Origin: Verrucomicrobiaceae bacterium | GTDB taxonomy: Bacteria; Verrucomicrobiota; Verrucomicrobiia; Chthoniobacterales; JAATET01 | Reading direction: 5' to 3' | Assembly (NCBI GenBank): GCA_027488755.1 | Contig: JAIYAZ010000075.1 | Span: 64,492 to 128,491 of the forward strand | DNA: 64,000 bases | Part shown: positions 1 to 10,137 of the stretch, in pieces | Position numbering within the stretch: the first letter of the stretch is position 1 | How the letters are laid out: every line of letters begins with the position of its first letter | Program-made: the position numbers and the translations under genes | The notes under the pieces: generated by a model | Seen by the model: the letters and a program-made list of their open reading frames with translations, nothing else | Told to the model about the DNA's origin: nothing | Database searches by the model: none

Positions 1-514
1 CGCCGATTTCGCCCTCGAGTTCGGACTTCGTCACGAGCGCGGCGACCGAGTCGAGCACGATGACATCGAGGGCGTTCGACCGCACGAGCGTCTCGCAAAT
101 GCGCAGCGCCTCCTCGCCGGAGTTCGGCTGGGAAACGAGCAGATCGTCGAGCTTCACGCCGAGCTTCTTCGCGTAGCCGGGGTCGAGGGCGTGCTCGACG
201 TCGATGAAGCCGGCGAGGCCGCCGCGTTTCTGCGCCTGCGCGATGACGGTGAGCGTGAGGGTCGTTTTACCCGAGGACTCCGGGCCGTAGATTTCGATGA
301 TGCGGCCGCGGGGGAATCCGCCCACGCCCAGCGCGCGGTCGATGAGGATGTTGCCGGTCGGGATGACCTCCACCTGCGAATGCGTGGCATCGCCAAGGCG
401 ACGGATGGCCTCGTCGCCGTAGTCTTTGGCGATCTGCTGGATGGCGAGGTCGAGGTTGCGGGCGCGGGCGGCTTGCGCCTTGTCTTCGGTCGGTGCGAGG
501 TCGGTTTTTGCCAT
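1..514 (-). CDS. recA: Recombinase RecA, N-terminal ~171 aa (C-terminus lies beyond window start)
   Basis: Reverse translation from ATG at 512-514 reads [14 protein letters not shown]...[41 protein letters not shown]...[21 protein letters not shown] (Walker A and RecA core). The frame stays open to position 1. It is absent from the ORF track because it is truncated. Confidence 0.95.
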   Translation of the reverse strand, partial: MAKTDLAPTEDKAQAARARNLDLAIQQIAKDYGDEAIRRLGDATHSQVEVIPTGNILIDRALGVGGFPRGRIIEIYGPESSGKTTLTLTVIAQAQKRGGLAGFIDVEHALDPGYAKKLGVKLDDLLVSQPNSGEEALRICETLVRSNALDVIVLDSVAALVTKSELEGEIG

Positions 515-642
515 GGTCGGTGCAGGTATGCGGGGAGCGTAGGGCGTCGCCCCGGCGCGCGAAACCAAAAAACACCCCCGCTTTTCGCGGAAACGCTCTT
601 GCCTAGCGGGGCCGGCATTTTCCACCTTGTCGGCTCGTCTCC

Positions 643-1524
643 ATGTCCTCCCGCCGCCTTACCTTTTTCCTGCGCCTGAGCAGCACGGTGGGATTGTGGG
701 CCATCATCCTCGCGGCGGTCTTCTCCGGGAACGAGGTCGCCTTTTTCGGCGTGATCGCGGTGATGGCCCTGGTGGCGCTCGGGGAGTATTTCCGGATGCT
801 CGACAATGACGGCATCCCGAACTTCAAGCTCACCGCGCTGATCACGGCGGCGGTCTTCCTGGGAGGGAGTTTCCTGTATTTCCGCTCGAACGGCGCGGCG
901 CGCGGGCTGGATTTCGAACTCGCGATTCTCGTGCTGTTTCTGGTCGTGATGTTTGCGCGGCAGATGTTTGCCGGCATCCAGGACCGCAAGCCGCTCCAGA
1001 CGATGGCCTACTCGATCTTCGGCCTGCTCTGGATTCCGTGGATGTTCAACTTCACGACGAAGATTCTGTTCCTCGCGCCGCGCGGACCGGAGGGCGATCC
1101 CACCGGGCAGTTCTACGTGCTCTTCCTCGTGGCGGTGACGAAGTTCAGCGACATGGGGGCCTATGTTTTTGGCAGCGTGCTGGGACGGCACCCGTTTGTG
1201 CCCCACATCAGCCCGAAGAAAACGTGGGAGGGTTTTGCCGGAGCCCTGTTCTCGTCGGTGGCCGCCGCCTGGGGGCTCTACGCGCTCATCCCCGAGAAGC
1301 TCTCGGCCTTCCGGCTGGTCGACGTGATTGTGCTGGGGCTGCTTCTCGGCTTTGCCGCGGTGATTGGCGACCTGGCCGAGTCCATCGTCAAACGCAGCGC
1401 CCACAGCAAGGACTCCGGCGCCATCCTGCCCGGCATCGGCGGCACGCTCGACCTCATCGACAGCCTGCTCTTCACCGCGCCGATCCTGTATTTCTACATG
1501 CGGCTCGTTCTCGGCATCACATGA
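643..1524 (+). CDS. cdsA: Phosphatidate cytidylyltransferase (CDP-diglyceride synthase)
   Basis: 293-aa polytopic membrane ORF with the CdsA C-terminal signature [14 protein letters not shown]...[33 protein letters not shown]. Its stop overlaps the dxr start (ATGA). Confidence 0.85.
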   Translation: MSSRRLTFFLRLSSTVGLWAIILAAVFSGNEVAFFGVIAVMALVALGEYFRMLDNDGIPNFKLTALITAAVFLGGSFLYFRSNGAARGLDFELAILVLFLVVMFARQMFAGIQDRKPLQTMAYSIFGLLWIPWMFNFTTKILFLAPRGPEGDPTGQFYVLFLVAVTKFSDMGAYVFGSVLGRHPFVPHISPKKTWEGFAGALFSSVAAAWGLYALIPEKLSAFRLVDVIVLGLLLGFAAVIGDLAESIVKRSAHSKDSGAILPGIGGTLDLIDSLLFTAPILYFYMRLVLGIT

Positions 1525-2627
1525 GCCCGCGCCGCGTTGTCGTCCTAGGAGCCACGGGCTCAATCGGCCAGAGCGCCCGCCGCGTGGCGCGCAGCATTCC
1601 CGGGCGCATGGAGATCGTCGGTCTCTCCGCCCACGCGAACTCCGCCGGCCTCGCCGAGGCCAGCCGCGAATTCCCGCGGGCCCGGGCCTGGCAGTCGAAT
1701 GGACCGGACGGCGCCGACCGCCTGATCGAACTCGCGACCCTGCCCGAGGCCGATCTCGTGCTTGTCTCGATCGTCGGCACGGCGGGCCTGGCCCCGGCCC
1801 TGGCCGCGATTGAAGCGGGCAAGGACATCGCCGTGGCGAGCAAGGAAATCCTCGTCCTGGCCGGGGAAATCGTCATGTCCGCCGCCCGGCGCAAGGGCGT
1901 GCGCGTCCTGCCCATCGACAGCGAGCACAACGCGATCTTTCAATGCCTAGAGGGGCGCGACCCCGCGCATGTGCGCCGGCTCATTCTCACGTGCTCGGGC
2001 GGGCCGTTCCGCCGCACGCCGGCCGGGGAGCTTGCCGCGGTGACGCCCGAGATGGCCCTGCGCCACCCGACGTGGAGCATGGGCCGGAAGATCACGATCG
2101 ACTCGGCCACGCTCTTCAACAAGGCGCTGGAAATGATCGAAGCCCGCTGGTTGTTCGACGTCGGCATGGACCGGGTGGAGGTCATCATCCACCCGCAGAG
2201 CATCATTCACTCGATCGTGGAATTCGTGGACGGCTCCCAGCTCGCGCAGCTCAGCCGTTCGGACATGGGCTTCCCGATTCAATACGCGGTCACCTACCCC
2301 GACCGCGTCGCCGGCTCGCTCCAACCGCTCGATCTCGCCGCGCTGGGGCGGCTGGAATTCGAGGCCCCGCGCGAAGACGTCTTCCCCGCGCTGCGCCTGG
2401 CGCGGGAGGCCGGCACCATTGGCGGCACGCTGCCCGCCGTGCTCAATGCCGCGAACGAAATCGCCGTCGAGGCCTTCCTCGCCGGACGCATCCCCTTCCC
2501 GCGCATCTGGGAAACCGTCGGAGCCGTAATGCAGGCCCACGCCGTCACGGCGCATCCCGACCTCGAATCCCTGCTCGCGGCGGACGCCTGGGCCCGCCGG
2601 CACGCGGCGGACGCGATCACGCGCTGA
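1521..2627 (+). CDS. dxr: 1-deoxy-D-xylulose 5-phosphate reductoisomerase
   Basis: The internal ATG (aa 162 of ORF 1038..2627) gives [18 protein letters not shown] (NADPH-binding), then PIDSEHNAIFQCL and LTCSGGPFR motifs. The upstream part of the track ORF overlaps cdsA in another frame. Confidence 0.95.
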   Translation: MSPRRVVVLGATGSIGQSARRVARSIPGRMEIVGLSAHANSAGLAEASREFPRARAWQSNGPDGADRLIELATLPEADLVLVSIVGTAGLAPALAAIEAGKDIAVASKEILVLAGEIVMSAARRKGVRVLPIDSEHNAIFQCLEGRDPAHVRRLILTCSGGPFRRTPAGELAAVTPEMALRHPTWSMGRKITIDSATLFNKALEMIEARWLFDVGMDRVEVIIHPQSIIHSIVEFVDGSQLAQLSRSDMGFPIQYAVTYPDRVAGSLQPLDLAALGRLEFEAPREDVFPALRLAREAGTIGGTLPAVLNAANEIAVEAFLAGRIPFPRIWETVGAVMQAHAVTAHPDLESLLAADAWARRHAADAITR

Positions 2628-2640
2628 GCCCGGCGCGGGA

Positions 2641-3828
2641 TCAGGCGCGGTAAAACTCCGCGATCGCGGCCACGACCTCGTCCTGCTCGGCGGTCGTGAG
2701 CTCCGGGAAAATCGGCAGCGCGATCGTCTCGGCCGACGCCCGCTCGGACTCGGGCAGATCCCCCGCGCGGTAGCCGAGGTAGGCAAAGCAATCCTGCAGG
2801 TGCAGGGGCACGGGGTAATAGATGCCGTGACCGATGCTGCGGGCCGCGAGGTGGCGGACGAGGTCGTCGCGACGCGCGGCGCGCAGGACGTATTGGTGGA
2901 AGATGTGGTGCTCGGCCACGCGCCCCGCAAACGGGGTGGCCGGCGGCGTCAGAAATTCCAGGAGCCCCTCCGCGGCGAACGCGGCGGCATACCGCTCGGC
3001 GTTCGCGCGGCGCGCGGCGTTCCACCCGCCGATGTGCGGAAGTTTCGCGTGAAGAATGGCCGCCTGGAGCGCGTCGATGCGGAAGTTGCCGCCCACCTTG
3101 TGGTGGTAGTAACGCTGCTCCATGCCGTGGTTGCGCATGAGCTTGAGCTCGGTGGCAAAGGCCTCGTCGCGGCAGGTCGACAGGCCCGCGTCGCCGTAGG
3201 CGCCGAGGTTTTTCGCCGGGAAGAAACTGAAGTAGGCGGAGTGCGCGATGGCGCCCGCCTGCACGGTGCCGTGCCGGGAGGGATACTCGGCGCCGATGGC
3301 CTGGGCGGCATCCTCCATCACGGGCACGCCGAATTCCGCGGCGAGGTCGCCGATTTCGTCCATCTCGGCGCAGAGGCCGAAGAGGTGCACGGGCACGATG
3401 AGCCGCACGCGGTTGCCGGCCGGCGTGCGCCAGGCTCCGGCGGCGTCCTGCGTGCAGCGCCCGCGCAGAAACTCGGCTAGCCGGGCGGGCGAGAGGTTGT
3501 AGGTGACGGGGTCGATGTCGACGAAGACCGTCTCCGCGCCGACGCGATGGATGCAGCCGGCGGTGGCAAAAAACGTGTAGGGAGTCGTGATGACGGCGTC
3601 CCCCGGTCCAATGCCCAGCGCCATGAGGATGGCGAGCTGGGCGTCCGTGCCAGAGGACATGCCGACCGCGTGCCCGCAGCCGATTCGCCGCGCGATCTCG
3701 GCCTCAAAGGCATCGACCCGCGCGCCGAGAATGAACTGCTGGCTGGTGACAACCGCGTCGATTTCGCGCTGAACGTCGTCGCGGATTTGCGCGTATTGCC
3801 GGGTGAGGTCGAGGAGCGGAACGGGCAT
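2641..3828 (-). CDS. DegT/DnrJ/EryC1/StrS-family PLP-dependent sugar aminotransferase
   Basis: 395 aa. The N-terminus MPVPLLDLTRQYAQIRDDVQREIDAVVTSQQFILGARVDAFEAEIA and the FFPAKNLGAYGDAG region (PLP-lysine context) are typical of this family. Confidence 0.85.
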   Translation of the reverse strand: MPVPLLDLTRQYAQIRDDVQREIDAVVTSQQFILGARVDAFEAEIARRIGCGHAVGMSSGTDAQLAILMALGIGPGDAVITTPYTFFATAGCIHRVGAETVFVDIDPVTYNLSPARLAEFLRGRCTQDAAGAWRTPAGNRVRLIVPVHLFGLCAEMDEIGDLAAEFGVPVMEDAAQAIGAEYPSRHGTVQAGAIAHSAYFSFFPAKNLGAYGDAGLSTCRDEAFATELKLMRNHGMEQRYYHHKVGGNFRIDALQAAILHAKLPHIGGWNAARRANAERYAAAFAAEGLLEFLTPPATPFAGRVAEHHIFHQYVLRAARRDDLVRHLAARSIGHGIYYPVPLHLQDCFAYLGYRAGDLPESERASAETIALPIFPELTTAEQDEVVAAIAEFYRA

Positions 3829-3919
3829 GGGGAAAAGCAGAAAACGAAACTCCGAAGCGCGGAAATCGTTCAGCCTTTCAGCATTCCGGGATTTCCGCCC
3901 TGGGCGGGCAGAGCCCGCC

Positions 3920-4426
3920 TTACTTGACGACGCCGAATTCGGCGCGGCGGTTCTTGGCGTAGGCGGCCTCGCCGGAGCCCGGATCGGCGGGCATTTCCTC
4001 GCCGAAGCTCACGGTCTGGAGCCGCGCGGCCGGCACGCCCATGCTGATGAGGGATTCGCGCACGGCCTGCGCGCGGCGCTCGCCGAGGCCGCGGTTGTAT
4101 TCCTCGGTGCCGCGGTCGTCGGTGAAGCCGGCGATGATCACGTCCTTCTTCAGGCCCTTGATGCCGGAGGCGGCGGCCTCGAGCTTGAGCAACTCGGAAT
4201 CGGACACGCTGAAGCTGTCGTAGCCGAAGTAGACGGGCTCGAACTGGCCGCGGTTCACATTGCCGCCGAAGAAGCCGGCGCCTTCCACGCGCTCGGGCAG
4301 CGGGGTGCCGGTGACGTAGTCGCCGTCAATGCCGCCTTCCTCCGCGGATTTTTTCTTGAAGAGGGCGCAGGACGAAAGCGAGAGCGCGGCACAAATGGCC
4401 AGGGCGGGAAGATACGGGAGCTTCAT
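3920..4426 (-). CDS. pal: Peptidoglycan-associated lipoprotein (OmpA-like domain)
   Basis: The internal ATG (aa 22 of the track ORF) gives the lipoprotein signal MKLPYLPALAICAALSLSSC. The OmpA-like core reads VYFGYDSFSV...IIAGFTDDRGTEEYNRGLGERRAQAV...NRRAEFGVV. It lies directly downstream of tolB. Confidence 0.8.
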   Translation of the reverse strand: MKLPYLPALAICAALSLSSCALFKKKSAEEGGIDGDYVTGTPLPERVEGAGFFGGNVNRGQFEPVYFGYDSFSVSDSELLKLEAAASGIKGLKKDVIIAGFTDDRGTEEYNRGLGERRAQAVRESLISMGVPAARLQTVSFGEEMPADPGSGEAAYAKNRRAEFGVVK

Positions 4427-4476
4427 GCGCGGGATACAACCGCAACTGTCGCGAAGTATCAACCCCCAACCGAGCG

Positions 4477-5634
4477 TTACCTTGACCAACTGGGCTCGGT
4501 GACCTTGCCGAGACCGCTCACGATCGGCACGGAGCGGCCGTTCTGGGTGTCGAGCAGCATAAGGGCGGAGCCGGTGCTGTAGATGAGGTGGCGGGAGTTC
4601 GCGCCCCAGGCGGGATCCTCCCCGGCGGCCAGCACCCGCGCGGTGCCGCTGCCGAGATCGGTGACGGCGATGGAGAAGCCGCCCTGGCGCACGGTGAAGG
4701 CAATTTTCCGGCCGTCCGGCGACCAGCTCGGCTCGGTGCAGAATCCCATGCCGGTGCTGACCGGCTGCGGGGTGCCGCCCCCGGAGCCAATGCGGAAGAG
4801 CCGCGGGCTGCCGTTTTCGTCGGAGGAAAAGACGATCTCGCCGCCGTCGGGCGACCAGCTCGGTGAGGACTCGACGCCGCGGGTGCGGGTGAGGCGGCGG
4901 GCGCCGGAGCCGTTTGCGCCGACGACGTAGAGCTCCGGATTGCCGTCCTTGCTGATCGAGCAGGCGATGCGGCCGCCATCGGGGGAGAAGGCCGCGCCGG
5001 AGTTCGTGCCGGGGAATTTGACGATGCGGGAGCGCGCCCCGCTGGCGAGGTCGATGAGGTAGATATCCGCGTAACCGCTCTGGTAGCCGGTGTAGGCGAG
5101 CTTCGAGCCGTCGGCGCTGATCGCCGGGGCGACGCTGATGACGCCGTCGTTCGTGAGCTGGCGGACGTTGGCACCGTCGTAGTCGGCGGTGTAGATTTCC
5201 TTGCGACCCGAGCGGGTGGACACGAAGGCGATCTTCGAGGTGGCGATGCCGGGACGACCGGTGAGCGTCTCGACGATGTCGTCGGCGAATTGATGCGCCA
5301 CGGCGCGGGGCGCGCCCGAGTAGGTTTTCGCCAGCACGGTGCCGCCGCTGCGATCCTTCACCTGGCCCTGGAGGCTGCCGCCCGAAGCGGTGCCGCTGAT
5401 GACGTAGGAGGCGGTCGCCGCCGGCCCGAGCACAAAGGCTCCGGCGAGCGTGAGGTCATTCTGGAGCACGGAGCCGACCGTGCCGCCCTCCGCCCCGCCG
5501 AGGCCGGCGAGCGAGACGTTGATCGCGTCGCTCTTGCGGATCGTGATGGTGGGTGCGTCCTGCGCCCGGGTGCCCGGCAGGAAGGCGCCGAGTCCGAGCA
5601 GGGTGAGAACAACGAGGGTGGGAAGGGATTTCAT
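4477..5634 (-). CDS. tolB: Tol-Pal system beta-propeller protein TolB
   Basis: The internal ATG (aa 81 of the track ORF) gives the signal peptide MKSLPTLVVLTLLGLGAFLPGTRAQD. Repeated propeller blades follow (SPAISADGSKLAY, AAFSPDGGRIA, PSWSPDGGEIVF, PSWSPDGRKIAF). It is adjacent to pal. Confidence 0.85.
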   Translation of the reverse strand: MKSLPTLVVLTLLGLGAFLPGTRAQDAPTITIRKSDAINVSLAGLGGAEGGTVGSVLQNDLTLAGAFVLGPAATASYVISGTASGGSLQGQVKDRSGGTVLAKTYSGAPRAVAHQFADDIVETLTGRPGIATSKIAFVSTRSGRKEIYTADYDGANVRQLTNDGVISVAPAISADGSKLAYTGYQSGYADIYLIDLASGARSRIVKFPGTNSGAAFSPDGGRIACSISKDGNPELYVVGANGSGARRLTRTRGVESSPSWSPDGGEIVFSSDENGSPRLFRIGSGGGTPQPVSTGMGFCTEPSWSPDGRKIAFTVRQGGFSIAVTDLGSGTARVLAAGEDPAWGANSRHLIYSTGSALMLLDTQNGRSVPIVSGLGKVTEPSWSR

Positions 5635-8600
5635 GGCAACGCAGCGGGCAGGGCGATACCATGCCGGGCGTTTTGTGAGTTTTTCAACCCAGAAGAAGCC
5701 GACCGTGAAAGTCGTCCCCGCCCCTCCGGATGTCGTGCGCCCGTGGCGGGACGGTCTGCTGGCCGGACTGGCGGTCGCGGCCGCCATCAGTTTCGGCGCT
5801 TGGATCGTGTATGCGCGGGCCTGCGACCAGAAGCTGCAGGACGTCCGCCAGCAGCTGGGGGAAATCGCCGCCACGCTGCGCGGGGCCGACCTGAGCGGCC
5901 ATCACGCCCTGGCCGCTCTGCCGCCGGAGCAGCGGGCCCCGTATTTCAACCGCTTCAGCCAGAACCTCGTCGCGCTCAAGCGCGGCGCCGATGAGGTCGG
6001 GCGGGTCTACAGCTTTTCCCTGGATCCCGCGGCGACGGAAACCCTGCTCGACACGGGCGAACAGCCCGCCCATCCCGCCCCCGGCAAGCTCCCGCCGCTG
6101 GCCGGGCGGGTGCGGGCGATGCTTTCCGCCGGGCAAGTCGCGCCGCTTGTTCTCGGCGATGGCGTCGCCCTTACGGCATTCGGGACGATTCGCGACCCCA
6201 ACGGAAACGTCGTGGGCGGATACGGCGTCGAGGCGGACCGGGAACGCGTCGGCGTCAAGCTGGGGCGCATCCGGGACTCGTTCGTCTTCGCCTGCATCCT
6301 CGGACTGTTGGCGGGCGCGGTCGCGGGTGCGGTCGTCGGCCAACTGCGCGCCCGCACGGCCCGCTTCCGGCGGGAGCTCGCAGCCAACCGCCGCGTGGAG
6401 GAGGCGATCATCTCGTCGCTCGGCGAGGTGGTTTACATCTACAACCCGGCCCGGCGGCGGTTTCGGTGGCGCGGAAACGTCGGCGCCCTGCTGGACCCCC
6501 CACCCTCGGCCGACGGGGAGCCGGTGGAGTTTTGGATGCGGCACATTCATCCCGACGACCTCGCGAGGTATACCATCGCGTTCCAGGAGGCCACCGCCAC
6601 CGGGACCGCGATGGACGTCGAGTATCGCATCCGGCGCGCGGATGGCAGCGTGGCCTGGCTCTCGGATCGCGCGCAGCCCATTGTCGATGAAGCCGTCACC
6701 GCACTGACGTTCGCCGGGTCGCTCACGGACATCTCGGCGCGGCAAATGGCCGAGGAGTCACTACGACTCTTCTTTGAGGAAACCTCCACGGCGCACCTCG
6801 CGCTCGACGGCGACGCCATCGTGGACGCCAACCCCGCGGCGATCGCGCTCTTTGGGGCCCCGAACGCCGCCAAACTTCAGCAACACCCGATCTGGATGCT
6901 CTGGCCGAAGCGCCAGCCGAATCACGAAATCTCCGCCCACACCTGGTCGGACAAGGTGATGCAAACCCTCGAGGAAAGCTCGGCGCGGTTCGAGTGGCAG
7001 TTCCTGCGCATCGATGGCCGGCCCGTGGACTGCGATATCTTCATGCGCCACGCCGTGTTTCAGGAGCGCGATGTCCTCATGCTCGGCTGCCTCGACCTTT
7101 CCCCGGCCAAGCGGGCGCAGGCCCAGCTCATCGAGAGCGAGCAGCGTTTCCGCGACGTCAGCCAGGCCATTGGCGAATTCATCTGGGAGGTCGATGCCGA
7201 GGGACGCTTCACGTATGCCTCGCCGCGGGTGGTGGACGTCCTCGGAGTCACGCCGGAGGAGGTCATCGGCCGGCATCCCTTCGATTTCGTGCCCGAGGAG
7301 GACCGGCCCAAGGTGCTCGCGAGATCGCGGAAAATCTCGGAGGCCGGCGAGGCGTTTCGCAACTTCGAGCACCGCGTGCGACAGCCGGGCGGCCGCATCC
7401 TCTGGATCAGCGCGAGCGGAGTTCCCAGCTACGACGCAGGCGGGCAGATCAAGGGCTTTCGCGGGGCCTCGCTGGACATCACGCAGCGCCGCGCCTATGA
7501 GCAGGAACTCGTGCTCCAGAAAAACGCCGCCGAGGCGGCCGGCCGCGCCAAGGGAAGCTTCCTGGCCATGATGAGCCACGAAATCCGCACCCCGCTCAAC
7601 AGCGTGCTGGGATTCGCCGACCTTCTTCTCGCCACCCCGCTTGACCCCTCCCAGCGCGAACACCTCCACACCATCCGCAGCAGCGGCGACGCGCTGCTCG
7701 TGCTGCTGAACGACATTCTGGATTTTTCCAAGATCGAGTCGGGCCACATGCAGGTCGACCTGCGGCCAACGGATCTCGCGCGCTGCCTCCAGGAGGCGGT
7801 CGACCTGCACCGGCCAAACGCCTTCGCGAAAAAGCTCGGCCTCACCCTAGCGGTGGACGAAGACGTCCCGCGCCACATCCTCACCGACAGCTCGCGCCTC
7901 CGGCAGATTCTGCTCAACCTCATCGGCAACGCGGTGAAGTTCACCGCCGAGGGCGAGGTCCGCGTCACCGCCGAACTCACCCCCGCGCCGGCCGCGGAGA
8001 AACTGGGCCGCCTCCGCATTCTCGTCGCCGACACCGGCATCGGCATCAGCCGCGAGCAGCAGGAACGCCTGTTCACGCCCTTCACGCAGGCCGACTCCTC
8101 CACCACCCGGCGCTTCGGCGGCACGGGGCTCGGCCTGGCCATCAGCAAGCGCCTCGCCGTGCTGCTGGGCGGCGAGCTGAGTCTCGTGGAGCACCCGGGC
8201 GCCGGCGCGACCTTTGCGTTGGAATTGCCCGCCGTCCTTCCCGGCCCGGAGCAAATGACCGGACCCGCCGGCCCGCCGGACCTGGAGTTGCCGGCCTTCG
8301 ATGCCGTCCCCGGCCACCACCTGCCCCGGGTGCTCGTCGTCGACGATAACACGCTCAACCGCCGCCTCACCTCGCAGCTCCTCCGCCAGCTGGGCGCGGA
8401 AAACGAAACCGTCGCCAGCGCCGAGGAATGCTTCGCCCGCCTCGAGGAGAGCAGCTTCGAGCTCATCCTCATGGACGTCCAGATGCCCGGCATGGACGGA
8501 CTGGAGGCCACCCGCCGCATCCGCCGGCGCGAAGAGGCCGACGGCATCGTGCGCACGCCCATCGTCGCCCTCACCGCCGACGCCATGGTTGGCGACCGCG

Positions 8601-8695
8601 AGCGCTGCCTCGCCGCGGGAATGAACGATTACCTCACGAAACCCATCCGCCGCGAGGCCCTCGCGCGCGTCCTCCAAGCTCATCGCCGCGCCTGA
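5633..8695 (+). CDS. Hybrid sensor histidine kinase: two TM segments, periplasmic domain, PAS repeats, HisKA, HATPase and receiver
   Basis: H-box FLAMMSHEIRTPLNSVLGF, G-box RFGGTGLGLAISKRL, receiver RVLVVDDNTLN...LILMDVQMPGMDG...LTKP, and three PAS-like segments. The start is uncertain: the ATG at 5633 overlaps the tolB start codon within the palindrome CATG. Confidence 0.85.
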   Translation: MATQRAGRYHAGRFVSFSTQKKPTVKVVPAPPDVVRPWRDGLLAGLAVAAAISFGAWIVYARACDQKLQDVRQQLGEIAATLRGADLSGHHALAALPPEQRAPYFNRFSQNLVALKRGADEVGRVYSFSLDPAATETLLDTGEQPAHPAPGKLPPLAGRVRAMLSAGQVAPLVLGDGVALTAFGTIRDPNGNVVGGYGVEADRERVGVKLGRIRDSFVFACILGLLAGAVAGAVVGQLRARTARFRRELAANRRVEEAIISSLGEVVYIYNPARRRFRWRGNVGALLDPPPSADGEPVEFWMRHIHPDDLARYTIAFQEATATGTAMDVEYRIRRADGSVAWLSDRAQPIVDEAVTALTFAGSLTDISARQMAEESLRLFFEETSTAHLALDGDAIVDANPAAIALFGAPNAAKLQQHPIWMLWPKRQPNHEISAHTWSDKVMQTLEESSARFEWQFLRIDGRPVDCDIFMRHAVFQERDVLMLGCLDLSPAKRAQAQLIESEQRFRDVSQAIGEFIWEVDAEGRFTYASPRVVDVLGVTPEEVIGRHPFDFVPEEDRPKVLARSRKISEAGEAFRNFEHRVRQPGGRILWISASGVPSYDAGGQIKGFRGASLDITQRRAYEQELVLQKNAAEAAGRAKGSFLAMMSHEIRTPLNSVLGFADLLLATPLDPSQREHLHTIRSSGDALLVLLNDILDFSKIESGHMQVDLRPTDLARCLQEAVDLHRPNAFAKKLGLTLAVDEDVPRHILTDSSRLRQILLNLIGNAVKFTAEGEVRVTAELTPAPAAEKLGRLRILVADTGIGISREQQERLFTPFTQADSSTTRRFGGTGLGLAISKRLAVLLGGELSLVEHPGAGATFALELPAVLPGPEQMTGPAGPPDLELPAFDAVPGHHLPRVLVVDDNTLNRRLTSQLLRQLGAENETVASAEECFARLEESSFELILMDVQMPGMDGLEATRRIRRREEADGIVRTPIVALTADAMVGDRERCLAAGMNDYLTKPIRREALARVLQAHRRA

Positions 8696-8715
8696 TTCCC
8701 GCCTCGAAAGCTCCC

Positions 8716-8744
8716 TTGTCACCTCCCCGGGGCGCGTGCATATT
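8716..8744 (+). promoter_or_regulatory. Candidate sigma70-like promoter for the ilvE-mcsA-mcsB-clpC unit
   Basis: TTGTCA-N17-CATATT, located 30 nt upstream of the ilvE ATG in the 78-nt intergenic gap. Confidence 0.25.
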
Positions 8745-8773
8745 CACCCTCCGCCCGTGGCGGCGGTTTCTTC

Positions 8774-9643
8774 ATGAAGGTTTATATCGACGGTGAGTTT
8801 TACGAAAAGGAACACGCGAAAGTCTCCGTGTTCGACCACGGCCTGCTTTACGGCGACGGCGTCTTCGAGGGCATCCGCTTTTACAACGGCCGCGTCTTCC
8901 GCCTTGAGGAGCACATCGACCGCCTCTACGACTCCGCCCGCGCCATCTGCCTCACCATTCCCCTCTCGAAGGAGGAACTCACCGCGGCCACCGTCGAAAC
9001 CATCCGCCGCAACGAGCTGCGCGACGGCTACGTGCGCCTCGTGGTCACCCGCGGAGACGGCGACCTCGGGCTGAATCCCGCCCTCTGCCCGAAGGCCACC
9101 ATCATCATCATCGCGGCGAAGATCACCCTCTACCCGCAGACCGCCTACGAAAACGGCCTCATGGTCGTCACCTGCGCCACCCGCCGCATTCCCCACGGCG
9201 CCCTCAGCCCGATGGTGAAATCGCTGAACTACCTCAATAACGTGCTCGCGAAAATCGAGGCGCAGAACGCCGGCGCCGGCGAAGGCCTCATGCTCAACGA
9301 ACAGGGCTACGTCTCGGAATGCACCGGCGACAACGTCTTCATCGTCAAACGCGGCAAAATCTTCACCCCGCCGATCGCCTCCGGCGCCCTCGCCGGAGTC
9401 ACCCGCGGCGTCGTGTTCGAACTCGCCGCCGCCGCCGGTCTTACGCTCAGCGAGCCGGACATGACGCGCTACGACCTCTTCACCGCCGACGAGTGCTTCC
9501 TCACCGGCACCGCCGCGGAAATCATCCCGGTCGTCACCCTCGATCGCCGTCCCATCGGCGATGGCAAGCCCGGACCCGTCACCCGGGACCTTATGACACG
9601 CTTCCATGAGTTGACACAGAACACCGGCACGGTGATCTATTAG
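8774..9643 (+). CDS. ilvE: Branched-chain amino acid aminotransferase (fold-type IV PLP enzyme)
   Basis: 289 aa. Motifs: VSVFDHGLLYGDGVFEGIRFYNGRVFRLEEHIDRLYDSA, VKSLNYLNNVLAKIEA, ECTGDNVF. Confidence 0.9.
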   Translation: MKVYIDGEFYEKEHAKVSVFDHGLLYGDGVFEGIRFYNGRVFRLEEHIDRLYDSARAICLTIPLSKEELTAATVETIRRNELRDGYVRLVVTRGDGDLGLNPALCPKATIIIIAAKITLYPQTAYENGLMVVTCATRRIPHGALSPMVKSLNYLNNVLAKIEAQNAGAGEGLMLNEQGYVSECTGDNVFIVKRGKIFTPPIASGALAGVTRGVVFELAAAAGLTLSEPDMTRYDLFTADECFLTGTAAEIIPVVTLDRRPIGDGKPGPVTRDLMTRFHELTQNTGTVIY

Positions 9644-9645
9644 GC

Positions 9646-10137
9646 ATGAATTGCGACGTTTGCGGAGAGAAGGAAGCCAGTGTCTTCCTCACGCAAATCG
9701 TCGAGGGCAAGATGCAGAAGGTGAACCTCTGCGAAGCCTGTTCCAAAGCCAAGGGCGTCAACGACCCCACCGGCTTCGCCCTCGCCGATTTGCTGCTGGG
9801 CCTCGGGGCCGCCCAACAGCTGGAAAAAGGCCCCGCCGCAGCCAAGTGCCCGGTCTGCGGCTTCACCCAAGGCGACTTCAAAAAAACCGGCCGCCTCGGC
9901 TGCAGCGAATGTTACGTGACCTTCGCCGACGGGCTCACCGGCATGCTCGCCAACATGCACAAAGGCACCCTGCACGTCGGCAAATCCCCCGGCAACCGCG
10001 CCCGCAAACGCGAGCTCAACGCCCGCATGCAGACGCTCCGCGAAACCCTCGATCAAGCCGTCGCCACCGAAAACTACGAGGAAGCCGCCGCCCTCCGCGA
10101 CGAGATCCGCCAGCTCGAAGCCGAACTCATCCCATGA
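9646..10137 (+). CDS. mcsA: McsA-like activator of protein-arginine kinase (two zinc-finger pairs plus UVR motif)
   Basis: CDVCGEKEA...CEAC and CPVCGF...CSECY Cys pairs, with a C-terminal UVR-like ENYEEAAALRDEIRQLE. It lies immediately upstream of mcsB with a 4-nt overlap. Confidence 0.75.
   Translation: MNCDVCGEKEASVFLTQIVEGKMQKVNLCEACSKAKGVNDPTGFALADLLLGLGAAQQLEKGPAAAKCPVCGFTQGDFKKTGRLGCSECYVTFADGLTGMLANMHKGTLHVGKSPGNRARKRELNARMQTLRETLDQAVATENYEEAAALRDEIRQLEAELIP

Noticed and set aside
154-1563. 469-aa minus-strand ORF spanning recA, the intergenic region and cdsA.
   Set aside because: The translation is Arg/Glu/Pro-rich with no motif. It conflicts with well-supported recA (a different frame) and cdsA (opposite strand).
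3829-3919. GC-rich hairpins after pal (GGCGGG-CTCT-GCCCGCC; GGAAATC...GATTTCC), considered as an intrinsic terminator.
   Set aside because: The first stem is not followed by a T-run and the second has a long loop. The downstream DegT gene may be co-transcribed, so support is too weak to annotate.
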